Part shown: positions 38,624 through 50,389 of the stretch, piece after piece | Numbering within the stretch: the stretch's first letter is position 1 | How the letters are laid out: each line of letters begins with the position of its first letter | Assembly (NCBI RefSeq): GCF_963921235.1 | Contig: NC_086099.1 | Coordinates: 189,286,001-189,350,000 of the forward strand | Source: Mobula hypostoma | Taxonomy: Eukaryota | DNA length: 64,000 nt | Direction of reading: 5' to 3' | The notes under the pieces: generated by a model | Told to the model about the DNA's origin: nothing | What the model saw: only the letters and a program-made list of their open reading frames with translations | Databases searched by the model: none | Position numbers and translations under genes: made by a program

Positions 38624-41229
38624 AATTTACTTTGAACTTTGATATGAAGCTGCCCTCACTCATACAGAACTCAAAACTTCATTCCTTTGCAAGATATCTG
38701 ACTGCAAGACCCTACAAATGATTGTGAGCACTGCTGTGAAGATCATTGGAGTTTCTCTTTCACCCATCCAGATATTTATCAGGAGTGTTGCTCTTGGTAT
38801 TGTCAATGATCCCTCCCATCCATCCAACAATCTCTTTGATCCCCTACCATTGGGCCTGAGGTACCGTAGCATTAGAACAAGGACTGTTAGGATGTGAAAC
38901 ATCTCCCCCCACTCCAGCCGTGAGACTATTGAACTCCCTACCTCCACCCAGGTCTCATCATGTATGAAGCACAATAGCATATACTGTTTAACCTTTTTGA
39001 CTTGTGTCATGAAGTCACCTTATTATTTCTTAATTTATTTGTGATAACATTACCTTTTTTGTTATGTGAGAGTTATAGGTACAGTATTCTGGCCTTGGTG
39101 CAGAGGAACATCGTTTTGTTTGACGGTATACATATATACAGTTGAAATGCAATAAAAGTTGAACTTTTGCTGCCACTTTCCACCTCATTCTCACTGTCAC
39201 ATGCTCTGACTCCTCCCTTTATTGCTATCTGTATTTTCATCTCAAGTTCAATTTAATTATCATTCAACCATACATGAATATAGCCAAATGAAACAACATT
39301 TGGGCCCAAGTTGTAAGACACATTACCAACAGCACATATGGTTACAACTTCAGAAAAATAAAATATAGTCACAAGAATGAAAGGAAAAATCATATAGCCT
39401 AAGTTCCGGAGTGGCATGACTGTAGATTGTCCTGGTCCAGCTTGTTGTTCCACTGAGTGAACACCAGAGGCAGCACCAACAGGAGGGACCAGCCCCAACC
39501 TGGCATGAATTCCAGCAGGCCCAGCGGCCCAGCAGAGGTATCTGCTCTCTCCTGGGTAGGATTGCAACAGGCTGCTGCATCCAAGACAATCCCATGCCAA
39601 GGCTTGATCCTTGCCATGATCGAGGCATCGCAACTCCCATGCTGTTGGTCTGGCCAATGAACAGACCTGCAGCATTCCATGCCACCAACAGCTTGCGATC
39701 CCAGTAAAAACACCAAGATAATCATTCGCTCCATCTATTGGATCACGTACCGCCTTGGCACAACGGTACGCAACAAGTCCAGGGAACAATGCAACAACGA
39801 TATGCAATAAATCCAGCTCCATTGCTATTGAGCAACTCGCTGATGGAATAATCCTGTAGAACTTGATGTTTTTAAGTATCTAGTAGTGACTTGCGGTCAC
39901 AAAAACAGACATACAAGACAAATAAATCTCAGGGTGTAGGTTAGTGGCCAGCTTCCAGTACAAACCCTCAAACGTTCACAGGTATCTCAATTCTTCTTTC
40001 TCCCACCCAGCTAAAAGGATTTGATGTTTGGTTATATTGCCTTTGTCAAGGAAACTTCCCATGCCGATGCATCTGAAATGTCTTCCTTCGACCTTTACTG
40101 TGATTGACAGTGAACACATTCATTCAACTGTGTTTCTTCTATTTCTTCCACCTTTGTTTTCAACTGCTCTGCACCCAACCAGTGCAAGGATAGGATTCCC
40201 TGAATTCTCTCTTTCCACCCCTGCCAATAATTTTAACTTCGATTTCAAATAAATCACAATTAAAATTATTGCAAACTTGGTTTGAGTCCTTGAACATTTT
40301 TGTAAACTAAAGAACATACTTTTCAGAAACTTCTGAAAACTCACTAGTGTAAAATACTAATATTCTTTCTTTATTCCAGTGATGTCTTTTAATGTTTGTT
40401 CAAAATGTATTTTTAAAATTTTGTTGATAAGCATTCTCCTTATATAGACCTTGTGTGCTTTTGGGAATGTACACACACTTGTACATCAAGACCTTTGTCT
40501 GTTCCAGAGACATATACATTAGTACTGTATATAAAGCAATGTCCTCACATCCCCAAATCATAACCCAGACAATTTTTGTCTTGGTTCTATAGCAAAGGTA
40601 CAGTTCTGTCCTGCATTTGTATTTAGTCTTTAATTTCATCCGTCTTCCATCAGTTTAAAACAAATCAACAAATATATGGAACTGTGAAACATGGCCTACT
40701 AATAATCCAACTAACCCAGTGTCTAGAGCATTAATATTCACGTGACATTCAGTGAACGATACTTCAAAGACAGGCCTATAAAATGTCATGTAAAATGCTA
40801 CAATCAAAATGATGACAAACAAACACATGGTAACATGAAACTAAAACAAACACACACACACACAAAATGTTGGAAATTAGAAGTTAAATAAAAACATGTT
40901 GAAATACTCAGCCACACACACAAAATACCGGAGGAAATCAATAAGTTAGGCCGCATCTACAGAGGGGGATGAAGAGTCAATTTTCGGGCCGAGACCCTTT
41001 AACAGGAATTTATTCCGTCCCATAGTTGATGCCCTACTTGCTGAGTACCTCCATCATTTGGCAAGTGCTGCTCAAGATGTCCAGCATCTGCAGAATCTCT
41101 TATGTTTACATTGAAATATTCATCTGGTTAAACAGCATCCTTGCACAGACAAAGTTAATACTCAATGTTATACAAGAGTAACTGTTTCCCTCTCGAAACT
41201 ATCACGTTGAAACAACAACATGCTGTTCT

Positions 41230-41486
41230 GTTCTTGTTTCAAGGCGTTCGTGACGTCACTGCTGTGAGCTCAGACCGACGCTTCTCGGGACATTCTGACG
41301 ACAAGCGTCACCCGGAAGCAATTATCGAGGCTGGGGTGAAGTGCTGCGCTGATGTCACAGGGAGGAAGCCATTTTCACAATACACGCAGCTGTCCGGTGT
41401 GACGGGAGTGTTGTGGATTATCCCGGGGTGGAGACCGAGCGCGGTCTCCCACTTCAGCGAGGAGTTCACTTCACACAGGTTTTGAG
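41230..41486 (+). promoter_or_regulatory. YME1L1 CpG-rich promoter/5'UTR with CRE and ETS/GABP motifs
   Basis: Full CRE TGACGTCA at 41251-41258, CCGGAAG at 41312-41318, TGATGTCA at 41350-41357, plus further TGACG half-sites. Confidence 0.6.
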
Positions 41487-41516
41487 ATGTTTTCACTCTC
41501 CACGTTTCAGCCGCAG
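41487..41516 (+). CDS. YME1L1: YME1L1 coding exon 1
   Basis: MFSLSTFQPQ|gtaagc matches the vertebrate YME1L1 N-terminus MFSLSSTVQPQ; lies in a CpG-rich island. Confidence 0.92.
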
Positions 41517-41590
41517 GTAAGCAAGTGGTGGCGCAGTCGATGCGCATTTTGGACAGGCCTTGAAAGGGAGACATATTGCGGATATGGAAT

Positions 41591-41780
41591 CGGCCCCGAG
41601 ATCGCTAGGGTTACCGATCACCGGAGCTCACACCGGCCCCGAGATCGTCAGGGTTGCCGATCACCGGAGCTCACACCGGCCCCGAGATCGTCAGGGTTAC
41701 CGATCGCCGGAGCTCACACCGGCCCCGAGATCGCTAGGGTTACCGATCACCGGAGCTCACACAGCGACCCAGAGATCGCT
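41591..41780 (+). repeat. 43-bp CpG-rich minisatellite (~4.4 copies) in YME1L1 intron 1
   Basis: Unit CGGCCCCGAGATCG(CT/TC)AGGGTT(A/G)CCGATC(A/G)CCGGAGCTCACAC starts at 41591, 41634, 41677 and 41720. Confidence 0.95.
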
Positions 41781-44029
41781 CGGGAATTGACCTCAGTGTT
41801 GTCTGTTATTATTATTTGGCAACTGATAGATGTTGAACCAGTCTAAAGATCACGCGGGTTACGGTTTATAGGGGCACAGTTTTACCTTTTGATTGTTAGA
41901 TGAAATTCATTATTTACATCGCCTATCTTTGAAGTAAATGATCTTTACCCTTTAAACTGCAGTATATATATTGTGAGCGTATAGTTATCCAGAAAAACTC
42001 ACTCAGAATCTTGTGTTTTAATAAGTTCGCAAAATCGATTGCATCTGTAATTTTCTCTTTATACGTTCTGCCCATGGCATCCTTAAGACATTTATTAGAT
42101 TTGTCAAGCATGATTTCCTGAACTTGATACCATGACCATTCTACTTAATTTTTCTGTGGTCTTATACTACCTAATAATTATTACGTTAATTGGCCTAAAG
42201 TTTCTAGCCTTGTGAGTCAATTCAAGTTTATTGTTGTTTAACTATATACATGTATACCACCAAATGTGACAACATTTCACCAGATTAGGGTGTAATGCAC
42301 AGTCATACACATAACGCACAATAGCTTAAATCTACAAATGAACTATGCATAGATAAATCAAGTAAAGTGCATAAATTAAGTATTGTAGGGTACAGTACAA
42401 ATTAGCCAGTGACACTTGGGCTGCTGGTGACAGTGGTGGAGGCGGATACAGTAGGGTCTTTTAAGAAACTCCTGGACATGTACATAGAGCTTAGAAAAAT
42501 AGAGGGCTATGGGTAACCCTAGGTAATTTCTCAGGTAAGGACATGTTCAGTACAGCTTTGTGGGCCAAAGGGCCTGTATTGTGCTGTAGGTTTTCTGTTT
42601 CTATGTTTCAATTGTGATGTGGCAGGGAGTTGCAAAGGCTAATGGCTTGAGGGAAGAAGCTGTTTTCCCATCCTGACTGTTCTTGCCTTGAGGCATTGCA
42701 CTCTCCTGCCGAATGGTAGAATGTCAAAGAGGACGCTGCATGTTTGTTTGCCTCATTGAAATGTTTTTTTATATCTTTATTTTTATTCTAGCAACAGTTG
42801 CTTAGGTCTAACGTGGTCATGCTTTAATCTGAATAGCATTAATATATTCATAGCTTTGGTTTTGTCAGAAGTGCAATCAACAACTGATAGTAAATTTGAG
42901 ATGGATGAGTGATTGAACTTGACCTGCAAATGTTTCCATTCATTAGTGGAAGAACTTCTGATCAGCATGTAGGAGTAGTTGATATATTGCATAAAGAGTA
43001 ACTGCACAGTCCCTAAGCTGCTAATCCATCCATTAAGTACAAATATAACTACACCACTTTTCTGTCCTTCCTCTTGTCAATTCACTTCTTTGCCCAAAAC
43101 CTATCAATTTACTTTTACTTCTTCAATATACATAGATCTTAGAGAATTCCAAATGTTTGGAATCCTCTTGTTTGTGCAACTTCCCATTGAAACACCAATG
43201 CCCTTGAATGGAAAATCCTACAAAAAGTATTGGATACAGGCCAGTCCATCATGGGTAAAGCCCTCCCCACCATTGAGCGCGTCTACACAGAGCGTTGTTG
43301 CAGGAAATCAGCATTCATCATCAGCGACCCCTACCATCCAGGACATGCTGTCTTTTCACTGCTGACATCAGGAAGAAGATACAGGAACCCTAGGACCCTT
43401 ATCGCCGGGATCAGGAACAGATATTGCCCCTCAACCATCAGGCTTTTGAACCAAAGTGGATCAAGGAGATTACTTGTCGCATCAGTGAAATATTCCCAAA
43501 TTTAGTTTCTTGAGATCCATTACCGACCTGATATTCCCAATGTACCTGCATGTTAAAATCTCCCACGACTATCATAACATTGCCTTGTTCCTGTGCTGTA
43601 GTAGTCTATGTTCTAAAATTAAAAAGATCAAGAGCAGGCATGTTCTATGAGCATCTTCAAAAAGTAGCAGAACTTCATAAACTAAAGAGGCAAGCATAAA
43701 TGTGTTCTGAATAAGGAGGAAAAATATAAGCAATTATTAACTGGACATCAACAGTTGAGAAAAAGCTATTTAGAGATGTGGTGAAAGAGAAAAATAAACC
43801 ATAAGTATAATGAGGTGGGGGAATCACATCAAGATGAAAGGAAAATAAATCATGCCTGACAAATGCAAGTGTCTTCTTACCTAAAAGGCAACTACCTAGA
43901 TTAAAGGGTACCAGAGGATACAGTATACAAGTTTTCAGAAAGCATTTGATAAAATGGAGAACAACATACTTGCACATGTTAAGGATTTATAAAAGAATAT
44001 CTCTAAATAGCTTTTTCTCAACTGTTGAT

Positions 44030-46998
44030 GTCCAACATTCTGAGCCATATAACATAACTGGATAAACGTGACATTTCAGTACTCTGAGGCGGGTTGTCAT
44101 GTCTAGTTTAGTATTGGTCAGTATACTCTTCATTCTAGTAAAGGTGTCTTTTGCCATCCCTCTTCTTCTTCTGATGTCCATGTCGCACCTGCCATTTGAT
44201 GTCACCCAGCTTCCTAAGTAGCAGAAGTTCTGTACTTGTTTTATGTCCTCCCCGTTAATTCTCAGCCTGCAGATAGGATCCTCTTTCTTTTTGGATATCA
44301 CCATACATTCGTCCTTTTGCAATTGATAGATAGACCCATTTGTGCACTTTCTTCAACAATTATATCAATTAAGTTTTGTAGTTCTTCCTCCGTACTTGCA
44401 ATTAACACTGTGTCATCTGCATATCTGAAATTATTGATGTTTTCACCACCAACTTTGATTCCCAAGATGTCTCTTTTTTTTGTAATATTGTTTCACTGTA
44501 CACATTAAATAAATCAGGGGAGAATACACACCCTTGTCTAACACCTCTCTTGATTTTCGTAAACTGACTCACTTCTCCATCTATTCTTACAGTGGCAGTT
44601 TGTGCCCAGTACAGATTTCTGATTAGGCGGAGGTCTTTCGAATCTACATCTAAAGTTTTCTATAATATTTCAAATAGCTTATTGTTCTTCACTTTATCAA
44701 ATGCTTTTGTGTAGTCGATAAAACAAACAAACCTTTTTGCACTTGAATAGCTCGTTCTGATAGTATCCTTAACATCAATATTGCATTTCTTGTACCTTTG
44801 TTTTCCACAGAACCACATTGTTCTTTGCCTACTTCAGCTTGTATCTTACTTTTAGCTCTTGTCAACAAAATTCTTAGAAGTATCTTGGTGATATGACTCA
44901 TTAAACTTATGGTCCTATGTATTCACATTCTATTGCTCCAGCTTTCTTAAGAAGAGTGATAAATACTGATTTTTTTTCATCACTTCTGGTATTATTCCAG
45001 TCTCATAAATGTCATTGATTAAATTAGTAAGTTTTTCAATTCCATAATCTTCAAGGGCAATAATTTGTTCTATTACTAATTTATCAGGACCTGCTGCTGC
45101 CTTTCCTTCCTTCATCTTATTTATTGCATTATGAACTTCAGATTTTGAAATACTTGGACCTTAAATGTTTTTCTTAATTTCTCGTTTTTCGCCTCGATCG
45201 TCTTTAAACAATTCCTGAATATACTCAGTCCGTCTGTTCATAATCTCATCTTTTTCCATGATAATGGTACCATCCTTTGCTTTCAAACTTCCACCTGAAA
45301 GCAGAGGAGCTTTTTACCAGTGATATTCTTGATTTGTTGATGTAACCTTTTGGGATCAGTAACAGGGATTCTTTCTATTTGCTCACATTCCTGGTTTAAC
45401 CATTCTTCTTTGGCTTTTTGACATAAGCTTTTAACTTTTTTTATCTAAAGACTTATATTCTATAGGATTTGCTTTCTTCTGTCTCCTTTCTTCCATTAGA
45501 TTTTTGATTTCATCTGTCAACCATTTATTCTTTGTGCTTTTTTCTTTTTTAGGAATCACTGACTTTGCTGATTCTACCAAGGCATCCTTTAGAGAGTTAA
45601 ATTTCATTTCTACATGATTGCTATCATCTTCAACAGATTCTATTTCTAGACTTTGAAATCTATTCCTTACTTCAATTGTAAATTTTTGTCTTAAGTTTTC
45701 TTCTTTAATTAAATGGCAAGTAGTCAAGGGATTGTTCAGGTTTTTGCTTCTTTAGTTTTTTAAGTTTTACTTTTACGTGACATACTACTGGGTTATGGTC
45801 ACTACTACAGTCTGCACCTGGATTATGTTTTGCATTGAGTCACTGAGTTTCTAAATCTTTGGTTTATAGTAATAAAGTCAATTTGATTTCTAGTGTTATC
45901 ACCTGGACTTTTCCAGATCCACAAGCGTCTTAGATGGTTTTTAAAGTAGGTATTCATAATGACCTGATAATTCATCTTGCACCATTCTACCCATTTCTCA
46001 GCTCTTTCATTTCTTTCCCCAGTCCAAATTTTCCTATGGTATTTCCATCAGCATCTTGTCCTACTTTAGCATTTAGATCTCCCATGACAATAACAATATC
46101 TTGAGATTTGCATCTATTCTTTGCTTGTTCAAGCTGTTCATAGAATTTATCTATATCTTCATTTGTTCCATCTGTTGTTGGTGCATATACCTGTATAATT
46201 GCTAATTCATATGGTTGTCCTTTGAATCTAACAAGGAGCATTCTTTCTGATATTGCCCAACGCCCTAAAACACTTTTTGCCATGTTTTCATACATAAGAA
46301 TTCCTACTCCATTAGTATGGGGTGTTCCACAAGAATAAACTAGTGTTTTATTTCTAATCTGACATGTTCCAGCACCTATCCAATGAACTTCGCTAATTCC
46401 CATGATGTTAATCTTTAGTCTTTCCATTTCACTTATCACATTTTCCAATCTTCCTGCTTGATATAGGGTTCTTGCATTCCAAGTGGCAATAATTTTCTTT
46501 TGTGTTACTTGAATTTTATGAGCAGTAGCTGGATGACAGTCGGGGATCCCCTGCTGGCCAGAATCGACCCTACCGAGCAAAACATCTTCAGAGTTGTCTT
46601 GAAGATCCTCTTGTCGCTGTTGTTGTGTGACACATTTTGAGAGTTTGACCATGGTTTTCTTAGCAAATTGCAACAGTGGTTTGCCATTGCCTACCGTTGG
46701 GCGAACTAAAGAAATCACCATTTCTCTTCCCAACTGTTCATCCGCCTATACTATAGCCGTTGACTTTTGACGTCGTAGCTCATCCGCCTTCTCCGTCATA
46801 AGTTCAGTTACTGAACCTGCCGGATCTGCCGTTGGCCTTCGCTCATATCCTGAGCAGGAACCCTTGCAGGTGTTACCACTCCGGGTCAGAGCGGCCCTGG
46901 GAGCAATGAGTAAGGGGTAACTGTACTTTCCCCAAAGCTCTGAAAGTCCCCCAATCAGAGCCTCATCACCGGTTGCAGTTTAGAGTCATGCCCAGGAC
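44030..46998 (-). mobile_element. RTE-clade LINE with 5' leader, EN and RT; 3' end deleted
   Basis: IATWNARTL...GISEVHW, IIQVYAPT, VMGDLNAKVG, GVRQGCVFSPDLFN, YADDTVL, FCYLGS, YGSECWT. RTE 5'UTR motif GGCAATGGCAAACCAC...TTGCTAAGAAAACC. Confidence 0.92.
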
Positions 46999-46999
46999 T

Positions 47000-48760
47000 G
47001 CATTTTCAAATATATTAAAAAAAAACGATGAGAGTGGATATAGAACAGGAGAGGCAGGAGAAATAATAACGGGGACAAGGAGATGGCAGATGAACTAACT
47101 GAGTATTTTGCATCAGTCTTCACTGTGGAAGACACTAGCAGTGTGCCAGATGTTGAAGGGTGTGAGGGAAGAGAAGTGAGTGCAGTTACTATTACGAGGG
47201 AGAAGGTGCTCAAAAAGCTGAAAGACCTCAAGGTATATAAGTCACCCGGATCAGATGAACTGCACCCTAGGGTTCTGAAAGAGGTAGTGGTGGTGATTTA
47301 TGGAGGCAAGAGTAATGATCTTTCAAGAATCAATGGACTCTGGCATGGTGCCACAGGACTGGAATGTTGCAAATATCACTCCACTCTTTAAGAAAGGAGG
47401 AAGGCAGCAGAAAGGAAATTATAGACCAGTTAGCCTGACCTCATTGGTTGCGAAGATGTTGGAGTCAGTTGTTAAGGATGTGGTTATGGAGTACTTGGTG
47501 ACACAGGACAACATAGGGCAATGACAGCATGGTTTCCTTAAGGGAAAATCTTGCCCGACAAACCTGTTGGAATTCTTTGAGGAGATTACAAGTAGGATAG
47601 TTAATGGGGATGCAGTGGATGTTGTATATTTGGATTTTCAGAAGGCCTTTGGCAAGGTGCCACACATGAGGCTGCTTACCATGTTAAAGCCCATGGTGTT
47701 ACAGGAAAGGTACTAGCCTGGTTAGAGCATTGGCTGATTGGTAGGAGAGAGCGAGTGGGAATAAAAGGATCCTTTTCTGGTTGGCTGCCACAGACTAAGG
47801 TGTTCCACAGAGGTTGGTGTTGGGACTGCTTTTTATGCTGTATATCAATGAAGTAGATGGTGGAATAGATGGCTCTGTTGCCAAGTTTGCAGATGATATG
47901 AAGGTTGGTGGAGGGGCAGGTAGTGTTGAGGAAACAGACAGGCTGCAGAAGGACTTAGGCAGATTAGGAGAATGGGCAAGAAAGTGGCAAATGAAATACA
48001 ATATTGGAATATGCATGGTCATGCACTTTGGTAGAAGAAATAAATGTGAAAAGGGAGAAAATCCAAAAACCTGAGATGCAAAGGGCCTTAGGAGTCCTTA
48101 TGCAGAACACGCTAAAGGTTAATTTCCAGGTTGAGTCGGTGGTGAGGAAGGCAATATTAGCATTCATTTCAAGAGGTCTAGAATATCTGAGGAGGGAAGC
48201 TGTGGCTTTATAAGGCACTGGTGAGGCCTTACCTTAAGTATTATGAACAGTTTTGCACTCTTTATCTAAGAAAAGGTGTGCTGGCATTAGAGGGGGTTCA
48301 GAGGAGGTTCACAACGATGATTCCAGGAATGAAAGGGTTATATGAGGAACATTTAATGGCTCAGGGTCTGTTCTCTCTGGAGTTCAGAAGGATCGGGGGG
48401 GGGATCTCATTGAAACCTTTTGAATGTTGAAAAGCTGAGATAGAGTAGATGAGGAAAGGATGTTTCCCATGGTGGGGGAGTCTAGGACAAGAGGGCACAG
48501 CCTCAGGATAGAGGGTGTCCATTTAAAGCAGAGATGCAGAGAAATTTCTTTAGCCAGAGGGTGGTGAATTTGTGGAGTTTCTAACTACTGGCATCTGTGG
48601 AGGTTGGTGTATAGATTCTTGATTGGCCACAGCATCAAAGATTATGGGGAGAATGCTGGAAAGTGGGGCTGAAGAAGGCAAGAAAAGGATCAGCCATGAT
48701 TGAATGGTGGAGCAGACCTGATGGGCCAAATAGCTTAATTTGGCTCCTATGTCTTATAGT
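47000..48760 (+). mobile_element. CR1 LINE (RT and 3' end), decayed
   Basis: KSPGSDELHPRVLKE, NYRPVSLTS, YLDFQKAF, KFADDMKVGG. Confidence 0.9.
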
Positions 48761-49808
48761 CTTAACAAATAAAGGCAAGCATCACAGCAACATCATTAAG
48801 GGTCTTACCATTAACAGTGTTTTTCCCCTTTACATTTGGTCTTCCAAAATGTTAGATCTGGCTGAGTGAAATTCCATCTGCCATTTCTTTGCCCGTATCT
48901 GCATCTGATCTATACCCTACTGTATACTTTGCCAATCTTTTACACTATCCATAACATCAACAATTTTCAATTGTCTGCAGTTTTGTTTCGTTGTTTCTCT
49001 GCTGGTAGTGGATCATTGTTCCTTGCTTTTGATTCAAAGTTGAAAGGCTCATTTTATTATCAAATTATGTAGGCAGAATACAATCTGAGATTTATCTTCT
49101 CCAGATAGTCATAAAATACAGAAAACCAAGAAGAGGTTGAAAAAAAGACATCAATCCCTCCACTTGCCCTCCAGTTGTAATTCCACCCCCCCATGTAAAG
49201 AAAAATCAGAAACCCCAAACTCCCCAGCCCCTCCCTCACACTAAAACTAACAGATCACTTACCTGGAGATACAACAGCAAGAACATCAAACCCCAAATCC
49301 CAAACCCACAGCCTGCCAATTGGCAACAAAAAAAGGGCGACAGAACGGAAGAGGACAATATGAACTACAGTTAGTTTGAACTACAGCCCAATCCATAAAT
49401 CTCAGAATATTGAAAACATCTCTGAGAGCAGTGGGATCCAGCAGTCTCTCCAACTCAAACTGGCGGCCCCTCCAAGAAACCACTCGCTCTCCTCCACATT
49501 TATAATCCATTGTTCACTGCCATTTTATGTTTGTTTGATCTTTAGCTGAAGTTTTCTGTCCCATTCTTCTTTCCCACTATTTGTGGGTTTCTGCCTCTTA
49601 AGGAATGCCAGATGGATTTTTCAAGTCTTGAATAGCTTGAGAATGATGATGAAAATTGTTTGAACAAAAGATCCATTTTGACTTTAAAAACCTTTTGGAG
49701 ACTGTTACTGCTACTAACCGTGGCCTTCAGTTTTGTGATTGAGATGCATTTTTCTGCAACACTCAATTTCTGTGCTCATCTTTTGTCAATGACTTTTTTC
49801 CCCTCACT

Positions 49809-50389
49809 CAGACATCCCACCCTGCAATAACTCATTTCAGGGAGGTAGCACCATCAATTTGCGGGATTTTCCCAGAACTTCCGGGAGAGGTGGGAGGTCT
49901 GCAATAGAGCCCCTCCTTAGCAGCTAGCCAGCTAGTTTAAATAACGTTAGCTATGCTAATGAATGAATGACACCTGTTAAACTCACCTCAACATGTCTTT
50001 TACAGTCCTAACCCACCATGGGCAATAGAAAAGTCACTGTTGCAAACAGTGCAGCGAGCAACACTGTCATTATTTTTGACCCCTATTAGGCAGGGGTACA
50101 CTTTAGTCTAGTCTGGGGTGAAGTGCGTTTTATATTTTTTTGAAACACTCTTTCATGGCGGTGCAGGACACTAAATTGAACTGATGGAGAGACAGAGGTC
50201 GACTGTAAAGCCCGCCCACAGAGAAAACTGATAGGTCTACTTAGCACAAAGAGAGACCAATCAGGATTCTCGCTCTTGCTCCCGCTCTCCCTCTCATTTC
50301 CGGGATATTGTATATAACTTGCGGGCGTCAGGGAGCTGCTATTAATATGCAGGAGACTCCCGGAACTTCTGGGGGAGGTGGGATGTCTG
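49809..50389. mobile_element. Non-autonomous DNA transposon with 13-bp TIRs and a 6-bp TSD
   Basis: CTCACT|CAGACATCCCACC ... GGTGGGATGTCTG|CTCACT. Confidence 0.8.

Noticed and set aside
39253-39822. 189-aa ORF and overlapping ORFs
   Set aside because: They lie in a non-autonomous repeat with the same Rex1-type tail seen at ~12760-13030, ~16985-17360 and ~54750-55120, and show no protein motif.
41591-41780. Possible CRISPR-like array
   Set aside because: Units are contiguous with no unique spacers, and the context is eukaryotic.
41487-41846. 119-aa ORF with repeated peptide motifs
   Set aside because: Only the first 10 codons are YME1L1 exon 1; the rest is intron read-through across the 43-bp minisatellite.
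46650-46740. HDV-like ribozyme in the RTE leader (GGCAA...GCUAA-GAAAACCA resembles J1.1/4 and J4/2)
   Set aside because: No convincing P1/P3/L3 elements are present upstream; the segment matches the known RTE 5'UTR stem-loop motif instead.
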